Source of the DNA: an uncultured Candidatus Saccharibacteria bacterium
GTDB lineage: Bacteria > Patescibacteriota > CALEFQ01
Assembly: GCA_965230955.1 (NCBI GenBank)
Contig: OZ246404.1
Location: 856,790-920,789 of the forward strand
Length of the DNA: 64,000 bases
Direction of reading: 5' to 3'
The notes beneath the pieces are model-generated. The model saw nothing but the letters and a program-made list of their open reading frames with translations, was not told the DNA's origin and made no database searches. The position numbers were made by a program, and so were the translations under genes. Below, in pieces: positions 1 to 10,158 of this stretch; positions within the stretch are counted from its first letter, which is position 1, and the number at the start of each line of letters is the position of its first letter.

Positions 1-93
1 TAACCGCTGATAAAATAAAAAACCATTGCCCCCAGCAGAACCCAGGCAAAAACGCGGTCAATTTTGACTAAGAAATAATTAAACGATTTAGCC
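1..93 (-). CDS. Partial CDS, N-terminal 31 codons of a membrane protein continuing beyond the window start
   Basis: ATG at 91-93 (reverse strand). The translated hydrophobic N-terminus reads MAKSFNYFLVKIDRVFAWVLLGAMVFILSAV. The reading frame is open to position 1. Confidence 0.3.
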
Positions 94-154
94 ATCTTCT
101 TATATCTTATATCTTAATTCTTAAATCTTATATCTTTCTCGTCGCCACCGATGC

Positions 155-1999
155 CTAAATCAATCCCGACCGCACCATCTGTCGCGCCAGCTCGCGGGGC
201 AAAGGAATACGGCGTTCGCCGGACAGCCAATTCAGGGAGTAATTATTGATGACTCCTACTACTCGCTGGCGGGCTTGTTCGATCAACTGAGCCGGCGACA
301 AAGCCGTCCAATGGGTCGGAATGCGATACTGATTAACATCAATATACTTTTTCAATTCTTCAGTACGGTTAGCCAATAGAGCGATGTCATGAAAAGATTC
401 AACCGCATCTTCAAATGCCTGGCTGATATCACTCTCGTGCCGGGCACCTCGATAAAATGCCGGCATGAACGGAAATTCCCGGCTAACTAATTCTTTCAGC
501 TCAGTTTCTTCCGTGAGCGCCCTCTGTCCGCTCGCCCATTCATCAAAACCGATATTTTTCTTTTCTACTTGGTAAGAATCGGCCAACACCCGCTGTAGCG
601 TATATTCGCTCCCGCAAGTCGAAGTTATTTTACTGATACCTGACTTAGGGCCGCGATGATTGAGCGCCGTCAAACTATCATTTTGGATATCTTGCTCGTA
701 TTGCCGAGACAATTCCGCCGGCGGTAATGCGGCATTGCCTCCGGACAAACTGATGATCGTCGCGTTTTCCGGCAGTCGAACTCCCGGCTGGGTGGGATCA
801 ACCAGCCAGAAAGTATCAGCCGGTTGCATCGCCCGCATCAAACCGTTAGCTTTGACTAACTGACCCAACGGCGCCACTATGGCATAAGGCGATCCTTGCC
901 AGGTGTCCACCTGCATCATGCCCGCTATCGTCGCTACCCCATCCAGGGCAAAATGGACGGTATTGCGACCGACCCGGCCACCAGTAGCTTGCGCGTGAGT
1001 GGGGATATACCAATGTTGATCCGCTTCATTATATACCGGGTAATATTTTGTCATATGGATGCCAACATGCTTGTCCAGCTCGGCGATCACACTTTCCGGT
1101 ATTTCCAGCTTCCCCTCTGTTTCATATTTAGCTTGAATTGTTTCCAGTTGTTTAACCCTTTTTACCAAAGCTTCCTGGTCCGAGGGCGCGTAATGCGTAG
1201 TTTTCAAATCAGCGATTAGCTGATCCTTTTTAGAGATTATTTCTTCTAAATCACTGGGCGGGAAATTATCTTGCTCGTCTTGCTTTTTTGCTTCCAGTTC
1301 TCGGTAAGCGGCCGCACTGCCCAATTGGCTTTCCCAAAGCAAGCGCCGTCCCTCACTGAAATTCGCCTGGTCAAACAAGCCTTTCTCATTGAAACTGGCT
1401 GCGATAATCAAATCATAAGCTTCAACCGGCGAGAGCGGTTCGGGTTTTTCCCCTTTAGCTTCGGGCGCCAAGAGAGTGCGCGCTAAAACAGCGGCGTCTA
1501 AAATAGACTCCGGATCATTGCCGTCCACCAGTAAAAGAACTTTTCCCTCGCGCGCCGCTTGGCTAATTTTTTCCGGCTGATTGATACTCAAGCCAGTTTG
1601 CGGTTTTTCACGATATATTTGAGTATAGGCATCCACCGGCCGTAAATCCTTAAAGGGCTCGTCCCAGCCCTGTGATACTCGCCCGTGATATTTTTTTTGA
1701 AATTTGCCGCGCCGGTGATAGGGTATGATATCCGACGCCTGTTCTTTCAGTTGTTGCCAATTATCGTGCGCGACAGACGCTTCCCGGGCATAGGGCAAAT
1801 CTCCGCAATAAATTACCGTCTTGCCTTTAACCAACTCCGGATCAAACAGCTGTTCCTGATGCTTAAAAACCAGCGATATTTTCTTATCGCTAAATCGGTA
1901 TTCGTATTCCGGATATTCTACCCCGTCGCGGTCTTCAATCGTTTTCACCTCGCCTCGCTCAAAAAACAGCGGAGCGGTTTCCGACTTGGCATCTTCCAA
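155..1999 (-). CDS. Large conserved hypothetical protein (614 aa), function not recognised
   Basis: Long uninterrupted ORF with balanced composition. No recognisable nucleotide-binding or catalytic motif could be assigned by eye. Confidence 0.55.
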   Translation of the reverse strand: MEDAKSETAPLFFERGEVKTIEDRDGVEYPEYEYRFSDKKISLVFKHQEQLFDPELVKGKTVIYCGDLPYAREASVAHDNWQQLKEQASDIIPYHRRGKFQKKYHGRVSQGWDEPFKDLRPVDAYTQIYREKPQTGLSINQPEKISQAAREGKVLLLVDGNDPESILDAAVLARTLLAPEAKGEKPEPLSPVEAYDLIIAASFNEKGLFDQANFSEGRRLLWESQLGSAAAYRELEAKKQDEQDNFPPSDLEEIISKKDQLIADLKTTHYAPSDQEALVKRVKQLETIQAKYETEGKLEIPESVIAELDKHVGIHMTKYYPVYNEADQHWYIPTHAQATGGRVGRNTVHFALDGVATIAGMMQVDTWQGSPYAIVAPLGQLVKANGLMRAMQPADTFWLVDPTQPGVRLPENATIISLSGGNAALPPAELSRQYEQDIQNDSLTALNHRGPKSGISKITSTCGSEYTLQRVLADSYQVEKKNIGFDEWASGQRALTEETELKELVSREFPFMPAFYRGARHESDISQAFEDAVESFHDIALLANRTEELKKYIDVNQYRIPTHWTALSPAQLIEQARQRVVGVINNYSLNWLSGERRIPLPRELARQMVRSGLI

Positions 2000-2270
2000 T
2001 TTTGCCGGCTTCGCTTACGTTACTGTAATCTCCGTGATGGCACTCTCACCTTTGGGCATAATGGTCATTTTAATTTGACGCGGAACGGCGCTCGTGCCGG
2101 CCCGACTTCTCAACGGTAGCACAGAATCAGCCGCGGTTCAAATCACATTTACCGGTACTAGAGACATTAGTATAGACATAGCTCCGGCAAAAAAAACATT
2201 GCACTTAGCAAAAATAATAAAAAAACTGGTAACTGCCGAAGCAATTACCAGCGAAAAAATGGTCACTAAT

Positions 2271-2504
2271 TTAATCCAGATACAATCGAGATTTGTTACC
2301 TTGCACAAACAAAGTCGCGATTACTTTGCCGGATTTCCGCCAGCAAATCGGCGTGCAAGCCTGCGGAGCTTTTCCCAACTCCGCTTCAACTATTTCCCGC
2401 AATCGGGAAAAATCATTGACGCTGGCTTTTACCATCCCCCCTCCACGAGACACAGTTTCAACCTTAAACCCCGCTTTGATCAAAAGATCTTGCAAATTAT
2501 TCAT
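2271..2504 (-). CDS. Small hypothetical protein (77 aa from the internal Met), last gene of the chemotaxis operon
   Basis: The likely start is the internal Met (MNNLQDLL...). A strong SD, GGAAGGAGGGGAA, precedes it. It lies directly downstream of cheD on the same strand. Confidence 0.45.
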   Translation of the reverse strand: MNNLQDLLIKAGFKVETVSRGGGMVKASVNDFSRLREIVEAELGKAPQACTPICWRKSGKVIATLFVQGNKSRLYLD

Positions 2505-2594
2505 TTCCCCTCCTTCCGAAAAAGAAAATCGTAAATGCATCGAAGAGATTAACTGATAATAATACACTAAACGCGGCAAATGTCAAGGCTAAAT

Positions 2595-3056
2595 CTAAAT
2601 CACACTATGAATATTCACCACTCCGCTGGCGACTTCAAAAGTGACCGTCCGCCCGGAATTACCCCCGGTATCTTCTTTTTCGATAAAAATATCCAGCTCT
2701 TTCAATTTTTCTTGGGCCGCGGCCACATTGCGGCGGCCGACACAGTCCGGGGTGCTTATTTTCTGAAACATAGTCGCCCCGCCGATAATTTTCGCTTGGA
2801 GATGTTCGCGCCGGGCGCCGAGTTTAATTACTTCGCCCAGCAAACTATCGATCGCCTCGTCAATATATTTTGCCGGATGCGAGCGATCATCGTCCGCTCG
2901 GCGGTGCGGCAACATCGCGTGCGCCAAACCACCGATACGCGACTGCGGATCCCACAACACAATAATCACACACGAACCGATACTGCCAGTGGTGATTGCC
3001 ACTTGCCGGTCGCCGACCGCCAGATCCGCCGTATTGACATGGAGAGTATTTATCAT
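2595..3056 (-). CDS. cheD: Chemoreceptor glutamine deamidase CheD
   Basis: GSCV-type motif (TGSIGSCVIIVLWD) and length typical of CheD. 4-bp overlap with the upstream cheC. Confidence 0.8.
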   Translation of the reverse strand: MINTLHVNTADLAVGDRQVAITTGSIGSCVIIVLWDPQSRIGGLAHAMLPHRRADDDRSHPAKYIDEAIDSLLGEVIKLGARREHLQAKIIGGATMFQKISTPDCVGRRNVAAAQEKLKELDIFIEKEDTGGNSGRTVTFEVASGVVNIHSVI

Positions 3057-3676
3057 GGGGCGGGTAACAATTTCCGGGCGGCATTAAGCAGGGCCGCGGA
3101 AGCTTTAGCATCAAACAAAAAATATAAATCACCGGAAAGCGGAGAGGAATTAACCGACAACGTCACCTTGAAAGACAAGACTCGGCCTTCGGCCTGGCCG
3201 ATTTCCAAAACCACCGAATCCGTCACCGCCCCGAGGCGATCAATCGCCACGTCGGGAATGGTGTGCATGATTTTCAGACCCAACAAACGGCCGAAAGCGG
3301 CAATGGCCGTCCCCAGCATAATATTTCCCATTTCTTGCAAAGCCGAAAGATCGGCCTGCTCGAATTTTTCCAGACTTTCTTTGGGCTGGTGCGTCATCTG
3401 TCCGGCCAGACTGATCGCGCTGGAAGGCGGGAAAATTGCCGTCAGAGCGCCGGACACCTCGCCGTGTATTTTGAGAAATACCGCCAGTACTTTTTCATCT
3501 TTGCGGCCCATCGTCATCTGCACTTCGGCCAGCGGGCCGATCAGAGCCTGAGGCACCGACATTCCGACGCGCTGATTCAGCAATTCCGCCAAAGAAGTCG
3601 CGGCATTCCCCGCGCCAATATTAACAATTTCTTTCAAGCTGTCGATTTCGGTCTGGCTCCAATTCACTTGATCCAT
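3053..3676 (-). CDS. cheC: CheY-P phosphatase CheC
   Basis: Two CheC signature motifs: EIVNIGAGNAATSLAELL and EMGNIMLGTAIAAFGRLLG. Confidence 0.8.
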   Translation of the reverse strand: MDQVNWSQTEIDSLKEIVNIGAGNAATSLAELLNQRVGMSVPQALIGPLAEVQMTMGRKDEKVLAVFLKIHGEVSGALTAIFPPSSAISLAGQMTHQPKESLEKFEQADLSALQEMGNIMLGTAIAAFGRLLGLKIMHTIPDVAIDRLGAVTDSVVLEIGQAEGRVLSFKVTLSVNSSPLSGDLYFLFDAKASAALLNAARKLLPAP

Positions 3677-3683
3677 ATAACTA

Positions 3684-5402
3684 TCATCTTAATAATTTAG
3701 AAGTATCGGCCAGCAAACTGACAATATCCAGAATCAAGATCGCTCGGCCATCGCCCAAAATCGAAGAGCCGGAAAACCCCGGAATCCCTCGGACAATCGA
3801 CGGCAGCGGTTTGACCGTTATTTCTTGATTACGCACCACCTCATCGACCACCAAGCCCGCCCAAGCTTTGCCTCTTCGGGCCAGCACCAGCGTCAGCGAT
3901 TGGCGATTAAGCGGAACCGGTACTCCTTGCGCCAGCGCGAATATTTTTCGGAGATTGACCAGCGGGACTTCCCGGCCATCGATGACGGCGATATCCTGAT
4001 CGGCCATACTTTTGATATTGTCCGGAGCCACTCGCACAGTTCTTTCAATACTGGTAAAAGGCAAAGCAAAGAGACTGTCGCCGACACGAGTTAGCATGGC
4101 TTTGATAATCGCCAGCGACAGCGGTAATTCCATGGTGAAACGCGCCCCCCCGCCGATTTTACCGGACTGGCCGCTGATAGGCGATTCGATATACAAATGT
4201 CCGCCCATCCGGGCGACAAATAATTTGACGACGCTCAGACCCACCCCGCGGCCAGAGACTTCCGAGACTTCCGTTTTGGTTGACAGGCGCGGATGCAGGA
4301 TTAATTGTTCGACTTCCTTGGGAACATCATTCGGATGCGCTTTTAACTGCGCTTCCATCTGATTACCAGTCTCGATGGAAATAATCCCGCGCGTCTTCCC
4401 CACCTCAATCACTTTCAACCAGTTGATCGCGTTCCCGTCATTGGTGACGGACACCATGGCGAATCCTTTTTCTCGTTTTGCTTCTAATTTTATGACTCCG
4501 GTTTTTTCTATCCCGTGATCAACCGCGTTGCGCAACAAGTGCATCACCGGATCAGGCAGTTCGTCCACGATAGTCCGATCAAGTTCCAGCTCGCCGCCGA
4601 TCATTTCAAAACTGACTTGTTTTCTCATTTGGTACGAAATATCGCGCACAAGCCGGGGGAAACGGACAAAAACCTGATTGACGGGAACCAGTCGGACTTG
4701 CATGACCTGGTACTGGATATCAGAAACCAAGCGGTGGAAATGGTCCAGCGAATCTTTCATGGCCTGATTGGCCAAAGGGAAACGCTCTAATTTCATACGA
4801 TCAATCAAAAGTTCTTCGGTCAGCGACATCAGTTTGTCCAGCCTTTCGACCGGCACCTTAATATGATCAACTTTTTCCGTCACCGATGACGTATCAACCT
4901 CCGTCGTCGGCGCCGCCCGATCCACCAAACCGGCGTGGCTCACTCGGCTGGGCATTTTTACGGCGGCGATCGGTTTGCCGTCAGCGGTGCGCCGTGATTT
5001 TCCCGTGCCTTCCGTCTCGACACCGGTCAGCTTTTTAATTTTGTCGGCCATGGCGGTAACCGATAATTCCGGCTTACCTTTTTTTAGCGCCTGTAATGAT
5101 TTCTTGATCAAATCCAAAGTGCGATACACCAGATCGATGGTTTTCTGGTCAATGGTGAAAAGATCATTGCGGGCATAGTCAAAAACATCTTCCAGCACGT
5201 GGGTCAAAAAAGCCAGCTGAGTGAATCCCATCATGGCCGAAGAACCCTTAAAGTTATGCGCTTGCCGCATCAGATTATCGAGCATGATCTTGTCTTTCGG
5301 TTTTTTTTCCAGGGACAACAAACCGTCGTTGAGCCTTTGCCAAGTTTCTTCGGCCTCCGCGAAGTACAGAGATTTAAATTGATTGAGGTCGTTATTGGCC
5401 AT
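3684..5402 (-). CDS. cheA: Chemotaxis histidine kinase CheA
   Basis: Hpt domain with the phospho-His motif AHNFKGSSAMMGF. HATPase region (HLLRNAVDHGIE, GRGVGLSVV). C-terminal CheW-like domain. Confidence 0.9.
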   Translation of the reverse strand: MANNDLNQFKSLYFAEAEETWQRLNDGLLSLEKKPKDKIMLDNLMRQAHNFKGSSAMMGFTQLAFLTHVLEDVFDYARNDLFTIDQKTIDLVYRTLDLIKKSLQALKKGKPELSVTAMADKIKKLTGVETEGTGKSRRTADGKPIAAVKMPSRVSHAGLVDRAAPTTEVDTSSVTEKVDHIKVPVERLDKLMSLTEELLIDRMKLERFPLANQAMKDSLDHFHRLVSDIQYQVMQVRLVPVNQVFVRFPRLVRDISYQMRKQVSFEMIGGELELDRTIVDELPDPVMHLLRNAVDHGIEKTGVIKLEAKREKGFAMVSVTNDGNAINWLKVIEVGKTRGIISIETGNQMEAQLKAHPNDVPKEVEQLILHPRLSTKTEVSEVSGRGVGLSVVKLFVARMGGHLYIESPISGQSGKIGGGARFTMELPLSLAIIKAMLTRVGDSLFALPFTSIERTVRVAPDNIKSMADQDIAVIDGREVPLVNLRKIFALAQGVPVPLNRQSLTLVLARRGKAWAGLVVDEVVRNQEITVKPLPSIVRGIPGFSGSSILGDGRAILILDIVSLLADTSKLLR

Positions 5403-5408
5403 GTGGTT

Positions 5409-6470
5409 TCAAGAACATAATTGAACCAAACGGGAAGCGATATTTTCCGGGGTCAAAATTTCGTCGGCCAGTCGCCGATCAAGCACGGCGCGCGGCATAG
5501 AATCCACCACGGCGCTATTTAATTCTTGGATGATGGTGTATCCACCCGCTTTTTTGATAGCCGCCATGCCCTCGACACCGTCTTGCCCCATACCGGTCAA
5601 AATTACTCCTATGGCTTTCTTCCCCAAAGCGGCCGCGGAAGACATCGTCCGATCAATCGACGGCGATAGCGCCTGTGAAGTCGGCACCGGCATGATTTCC
5701 ACCGTGACTGATCCGGTCGGCGAAACGGACAACTCCAAGTTTTTGTCTCCGGGAACCATTAGCGCTTGCCCGGACAGCAGAGTTTCTTTTCCCGCCGCTT
5801 CCTTGAGATCCAGTGGCGATCGACGGTCCAAACGCCGAACAAACCGAGAAACAAAAAATTCCGGCATATGCTGAACGATAATTACCGCCGCCGGTAAATT
5901 AGCTGGCAAAGAAGCGAGGATTTGTTCCACCACTACCGGTCCCCCCGTCGAAGAACCGATGATAATAATTTTTTTAGGAGTCTGGCGCCCGATTATTTTG
6001 GGAGTAAGCGAAGGCGCCGGCAATCCCGCCGGACGCTGAACCCGAGCCTGTCCGGCCGTGATAATGGAGCTAACCAACTTTTGCTCGATTTCTTTGATAC
6101 TCACAGACAATTCCCCGGACGGTTTCGTGACATAATCAACCGCCCCCGCCCGCAAACACTCGAATGTTTCCTCGGCGCCGTCATTGGTGTAAGCCGATAA
6201 CATCACAATCGCCGGCGGATGATCGGGAATCGACGCCATAATTTTTTCGATTGTCTGCGCGCCATTCAGTACCGGCATATGATAATCCATCACGATCACA
6301 TCCGGCCGGAGACTGACCGCCAAGCCGATCGCGGTAACGCCATCGGGAGCCTGCCCCACGACTTCCAATTCTGGCTGGACCCGCAAAACACTTTCAATCA
6401 CGCGCCTCATAAAAAAAGAGTCGTCCACAATCATCACCTTGATCTTGGAAGATTGGCGGGGAAAAACCAT
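5409..6470 (-). CDS. cheB: Protein-glutamate methylesterase CheB (REC plus methylesterase)
   Basis: N-terminal receiver domain (KVMIVDDSFFMRR...D). C-terminal CheB catalytic domain (GSSTGGP, HMP, GMGQDG). Confidence 0.9.
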   Translation of the reverse strand: MVFPRQSSKIKVMIVDDSFFMRRVIESVLRVQPELEVVGQAPDGVTAIGLAVSLRPDVIVMDYHMPVLNGAQTIEKIMASIPDHPPAIVMLSAYTNDGAEETFECLRAGAVDYVTKPSGELSVSIKEIEQKLVSSIITAGQARVQRPAGLPAPSLTPKIIGRQTPKKIIIIGSSTGGPVVVEQILASLPANLPAAVIIVQHMPEFFVSRFVRRLDRRSPLDLKEAAGKETLLSGQALMVPGDKNLELSVSPTGSVTVEIMPVPTSQALSPSIDRTMSSAAALGKKAIGVILTGMGQDGVEGMAAIKKAGGYTIIQELNSAVVDSMPRAVLDRRLADEILTPENIASRLVQLCS

Positions 6471-6483
6471 AGTCTGAAAAAAA

Positions 6484-6846
6484 TTAACTGCCCAAAACCT
6501 GTTGCACTTCTTTCAATACCTGTTCGCTATCAAACGGTTTAACAATATAGCCTTTAGCGCCCTTGGCTTTTGCTTCCGCGATAATTCCTTCCTGCCCGAC
6601 CGCGCTGATCATAATCACCGGGATTTTGGCGCCGACACTCTCCAGCACTTCCAGCCCTGTCTTGAGCGGCATAATGATGTCCAACAAGATTAAGCCGGGC
6701 TGTTCATCGGCTATTTTTTGAGTTGCTTCCTGGCCGTCGGCCGCCTCCGCAAAATTAGAGAATCCCGCTTTTTGTAAAATCCCTTTGATCACATTACGCA
6801 TAAAGGACGAATCGTCGGCAATGAGAATCTTTACGTTGTTAGCCAT
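6484..6846 (-). CDS. cheY: Chemotaxis response regulator CheY
   Basis: 120-aa single-domain receiver (KILIADDSSFMRNV...LDIIMP...KPF). Confidence 0.85.
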   Translation of the reverse strand: MANNVKILIADDSSFMRNVIKGILQKAGFSNFAEAADGQEATQKIADEQPGLILLDIIMPLKTGLEVLESVGAKIPVIMISAVGQEGIIAEAKAKGAKGYIVKPFDSEQVLKEVQQVLGS

Positions 6847-6850
6847 AAAT

Positions 6851-7432
6851 TTAATTATTTATTTTACTCAATGATTCTGCTAGCTTTTCGGAAAAAATCA
6901 TGAAAAGAGTCGCTTCGACTTTCTCGGCGGCAATAGAAAGAACGGTCTTGAAAATTACCGCTTGGCCTTCGCCCAGAGTCAGATCTTGCTCCAATATTTT
7001 TTGTAAATTACCGGCCAAGATCATATGAGGAATGGTCGTCAACAATCTTTTTTTAGTCAAGGACGAGAGCTCTTCGAGATAAGCATTGGAAAGGATATTG
7101 AGAGTTTCCTTGATGGCCGAACGATCGCTTTCCAGCATAATACCGGTTGTCCCACGCGGCTGACCGGACAGCAAATCAATGAAAGTCAGAGCTTGCTCTC
7201 TTTCCAGCATCAGCATGGAAACACCAGGAATTCCGCTGATAACTTGAGTATAAACCACTACCGATTTTTCGCTGCCCACTTTGAGCGCAGTGAAAATAGT
7301 ACTGATCGGTACCAGCGTCGCTTCGGACACCGCGACTGAAACCGGTTGTTTGGCAAACTTGGAAAAAGCTTCCGACACCTTAAGAGAGCCGGCTTGGCTG
7401 GCTCGAGAAAGATGGGTTTGATTAATTTCCAT
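6851..7432 (-). CDS. CheC/CheX-class phosphatase-like protein
   Basis: A single ExxN-type motif (ETLNILSNAYLEEL) and a CheC-like size. It sits between cheW and cheY. Confidence 0.5.
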   Translation of the reverse strand: MEINQTHLSRASQAGSLKVSEAFSKFAKQPVSVAVSEATLVPISTIFTALKVGSEKSVVVYTQVISGIPGVSMLMLEREQALTFIDLLSGQPRGTTGIMLESDRSAIKETLNILSNAYLEELSSLTKKRLLTTIPHMILAGNLQKILEQDLTLGEGQAVIFKTVLSIAAEKVEATLFMIFSEKLAESLSKINN

Positions 7433-7436
7433 GTAA

Positions 7437-8036
7437 TTATTTCTTAAGAGTGTTTTGAATCTTTTGCCCGAGTTGCAGGAGCTCTTTTTCTTGAAGTATT
7501 TTGGAAAAATCCAGCAAAATCACCAGTCGGCTTTTCCCCTTGGCCCCCTGCTCGCGCTGACTTTTGGTTTTGAGATTGACACCGGCCTCGAGCACCACCA
7601 CTCCGGTCAAATAATCGGCGTGGATTTTACTGGAAACCAATTCAGGCGTCGGCTGAATCAAGCTGTGCGGCACCGGCAAAATTTCTTTGACGCTGTCCAC
7701 CATCAGGCCGTAAGTATTATTTTCTTTCTCCAAAACAATCATATGCCGGGGAGCGACGGGTTGCTCCCGGACCAAACCGAATCTTTTTTCCAGATCAATC
7801 ACCACTACGATTTTTCCACGCAAATTAAAAATCCCCTTGATAAAAATCGGAGCGCTGGGAATCGGCGTGATGGCCGGTATCAAGATAATACTTTGCAATT
7901 CAATCAGCGGCACGGCATATTCTTCTCCGTCAAGTTCAAAAACAAGCAGTTTGATAATTTCTTCCGCTTTTTTGTTTTTCTCACTCAGCTCATCCGCCAC
8001 TTGAGCGACAATTTTTTTTAGGTCTGTCGGGGGCAT
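7437..8036 (-). CDS. cheW: Chemotaxis coupling protein CheW
   Basis: CheW-like domain (VFELDGEEYAVPLIELQSIIL...FNLRGKIVVVIDL). Confidence 0.85.
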   Translation of the reverse strand: MPPTDLKKIVAQVADELSEKNKKAEEIIKLLVFELDGEEYAVPLIELQSIILIPAITPIPSAPIFIKGIFNLRGKIVVVIDLEKRFGLVREQPVAPRHMIVLEKENNTYGLMVDSVKEILPVPHSLIQPTPELVSSKIHADYLTGVVVLEAGVNLKTKSQREQGAKGKSRLVILLDFSKILQEKELLQLGQKIQNTLKK

Positions 8037-8040
8037 ATGT

Positions 8041-9852
8041 TTAGCCTCTTTTTACTTCAATTTTTTTCGTGACAGCCGGCGCCTGATTCGGAACAGTCTG
8101 AAGCGAAGAATGATTGACCAAGCCAGACAATTTCCGGAGTGATTCGGATAGCGCCAGTAATTGCTGAGCCGCGGCGGCCACTTGCTGATTGGCGGCGCTT
8201 TGCTGCTGAGTCGCTGCTGATAGCTGTTGGGCGCCGGAAGCGTTTTGCTCGGCCACCGAAGCGATGGCATCAAGCGTTTTGGCCGATTGCTGAATCGTCG
8301 CCGCTTGCTGTTGGATCGTGGTCGAAACTTCCCGAACCCGCTTAGTCACATCTTGAACGGAAGTAACCGCTCCGCCGATAGTCCGATTGACCTCGCCGAC
8401 AATATTTTTGATCTTGATTGCTGATTTTGCCGAATCATCAGCCAGTTTGCTGACCGAATCGGCCACCACGGCAAAACCTCGTCCGGCCTCGCCGGCGCGC
8501 GCCGCTTCAATCGCGGCGTTGAGAGCCAACAAATTTGTCTGATCGGAAATATTGGTGATCGTCTCGACAATCGCTTCGATACTCTCGGTACTCTGGCCAG
8601 CCAATTGCGCCAGCTGGGAAGTTTTGACGGCGCTGAGCGCGGCTTCCTGCGATGACGCCGACATCTGGCGCATCGACGCCGCCAGCTGGGTAATGCCTTT
8701 GGAAACTTCCTCGGCCTGCTTGGATTGTTGCATGGCTCCGGAAGCCACTTGCTGGGCGACGGAAGAATTCTGCTGAGAAGCGGAAGAAGTTTGCTGAGAT
8801 GAAGACGCCAGTTGTTGCGACGCCTGCCCCATCTGCTTAACGGCATCACGCAGCGGCCGGCGCACATATTCGGTAATAATCCGGGCGTACCACCAGCTGA
8901 AGAAAGCGAGGACCACCACAATGATGGCGCCAAAAAGGATTAACTGATCACGCAAAGTATATACCGGCGCCAAAATTTCCGATTGATCAACCTTGACGAT
9001 CGTGCACCAATTTTTCCCGAGCGCGGTATTGAACTCGTTTTGCCTAAAAGCGCCAATCACCGGAATGCCGCGATAATCAGTAACTGCTCCAAATGATTCT
9101 TCTCCCGCCGCACAGCGTCTGGGACCTTCGGCATCGATTTTTTTAGAGAGGATCTCCGCTTCCCCGGTATAACGCGAATCAGTCATCATGATCCGATCGG
9201 AATTAATGAGAAAAACATCGCCCGTTTTTCCCGCGGTGGCAGCCGTGTCTTTGACAATCTCATTTAGACCGACCAATTTTGCCCGCCCGACCAGAACCCG
9301 AGCCGTCGGACTTCCGGCGGCATCATGCACCGCCGTCGCCACCGCATAATTAAGCATGTCACCCACTTGGGATTTATACACATCAGTCACATACGGGCGC
9401 AACCGGCTGGTTGAATTTTTAAAGTAGTCTTTATCGCTACGATCCAAGCCGATATTTTTAGGATCGCTGGAAGCGATCGTGACACCGTTTGAATCCAGCA
9501 AGAAAAGTTCATAAAAATTATCACCCCGGTCGGCTTGCAGGTGAACCAGATGAGCCTGAGCTTCTTCGAAATCCGGCGTCCCCGGCTCCGACAAGAAAAC
9601 CTCATTGTCGGACAAGGCGGCAACTTCCAAGATATCGCCTTGGACTGATCCCACCAGCGCTTTCTCGGCAATTTCCGATAGCGCCGTCACGCGCTGAGTC
9701 GCACCATTTGTCAGAGCCGTCGAGGCTTCCTGGTAACTTAGCCAACCGAGAATAACCAGAGGCGTAATCGCCGCCACTAAAAAACCCAAAATCAGCCTGG
9801 CTGTCAGACCGAAACGGCTTTCTTTCTTTGCCTGGGAACGATCTTGATCCAT
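8041..9852 (-). CDS. Methyl-accepting chemotaxis protein with a periplasmic Cache-like sensor
   Basis: N-terminal TM segment, a ~270-aa extracytoplasmic domain and a second TM. Highly conserved MCP signalling core [31 protein letters not shown] with Q/A-rich methylation helices. Confidence 0.9.
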   Translation of the reverse strand: MDQDRSQAKKESRFGLTARLILGFLVAAITPLVILGWLSYQEASTALTNGATQRVTALSEIAEKALVGSVQGDILEVAALSDNEVFLSEPGTPDFEEAQAHLVHLQADRGDNFYELFLLDSNGVTIASSDPKNIGLDRSDKDYFKNSTSRLRPYVTDVYKSQVGDMLNYAVATAVHDAAGSPTARVLVGRAKLVGLNEIVKDTAATAGKTGDVFLINSDRIMMTDSRYTGEAEILSKKIDAEGPRRCAAGEESFGAVTDYRGIPVIGAFRQNEFNTALGKNWCTIVKVDQSEILAPVYTLRDQLILFGAIIVVVLAFFSWWYARIITEYVRRPLRDAVKQMGQASQQLASSSQQTSSASQQNSSVAQQVASGAMQQSKQAEEVSKGITQLAASMRQMSASSQEAALSAVKTSQLAQLAGQSTESIEAIVETITNISDQTNLLALNAAIEAARAGEAGRGFAVVADSVSKLADDSAKSAIKIKNIVGEVNRTIGGAVTSVQDVTKRVREVSTTIQQQAATIQQSAKTLDAIASVAEQNASGAQQLSAATQQQSAANQQVAAAAQQLLALSESLRKLSGLVNHSSLQTVPNQAPAVTKKIEVKRG

Positions 9853-9914
9853 ATTTTTGTTTTATTTAGATTGATGATAATTAGAATAAAACTGACAAGG
9901 ATACCGGCACTCGA

Positions 9915-10148
9915 CTAGCGGACTAATTTTAAGCGGTTCATCATTTCCGCCACCTTTTCTTGATCGATTAATAATTTTGAAGAAATTTCTATCCATTTAA
10001 AAAGTTCCGGCAGACTCTCCGCCGACAGTGTTTCTAAAGTGACTCCCCGGCCGACATGATGGGTAACCTGACGATTGACGAATTTTTCCGCGGCCGGTCC
10101 GAGATAATCAGTCACCACCGTAATTACAGCGCTGGATAAAGAATTCAT
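9915..10148 (-). CDS. Small hypothetical protein (77 aa)
   Basis: ORF tightly packed between the HAMP-protein gene and the MCP gene on the same strand. Confidence 0.35.
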   Translation of the reverse strand: MNSLSSAVITVVTDYLGPAAEKFVNRQVTHHVGRGVTLETLSAESLPELFKWIEISSKLLIDQEKVAEMMNRLKLVR

Positions 10149-10158
10149 ATCGATAAAT

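Noticed and set aside
8346-8933. 195-aa ORF and several others embedded in or antisense to the MCP gene
   Set aside because: It is in an alternative frame of the Ala/Gln-rich MCP methylation-helix region, where codon repetitiveness creates long spurious frames.
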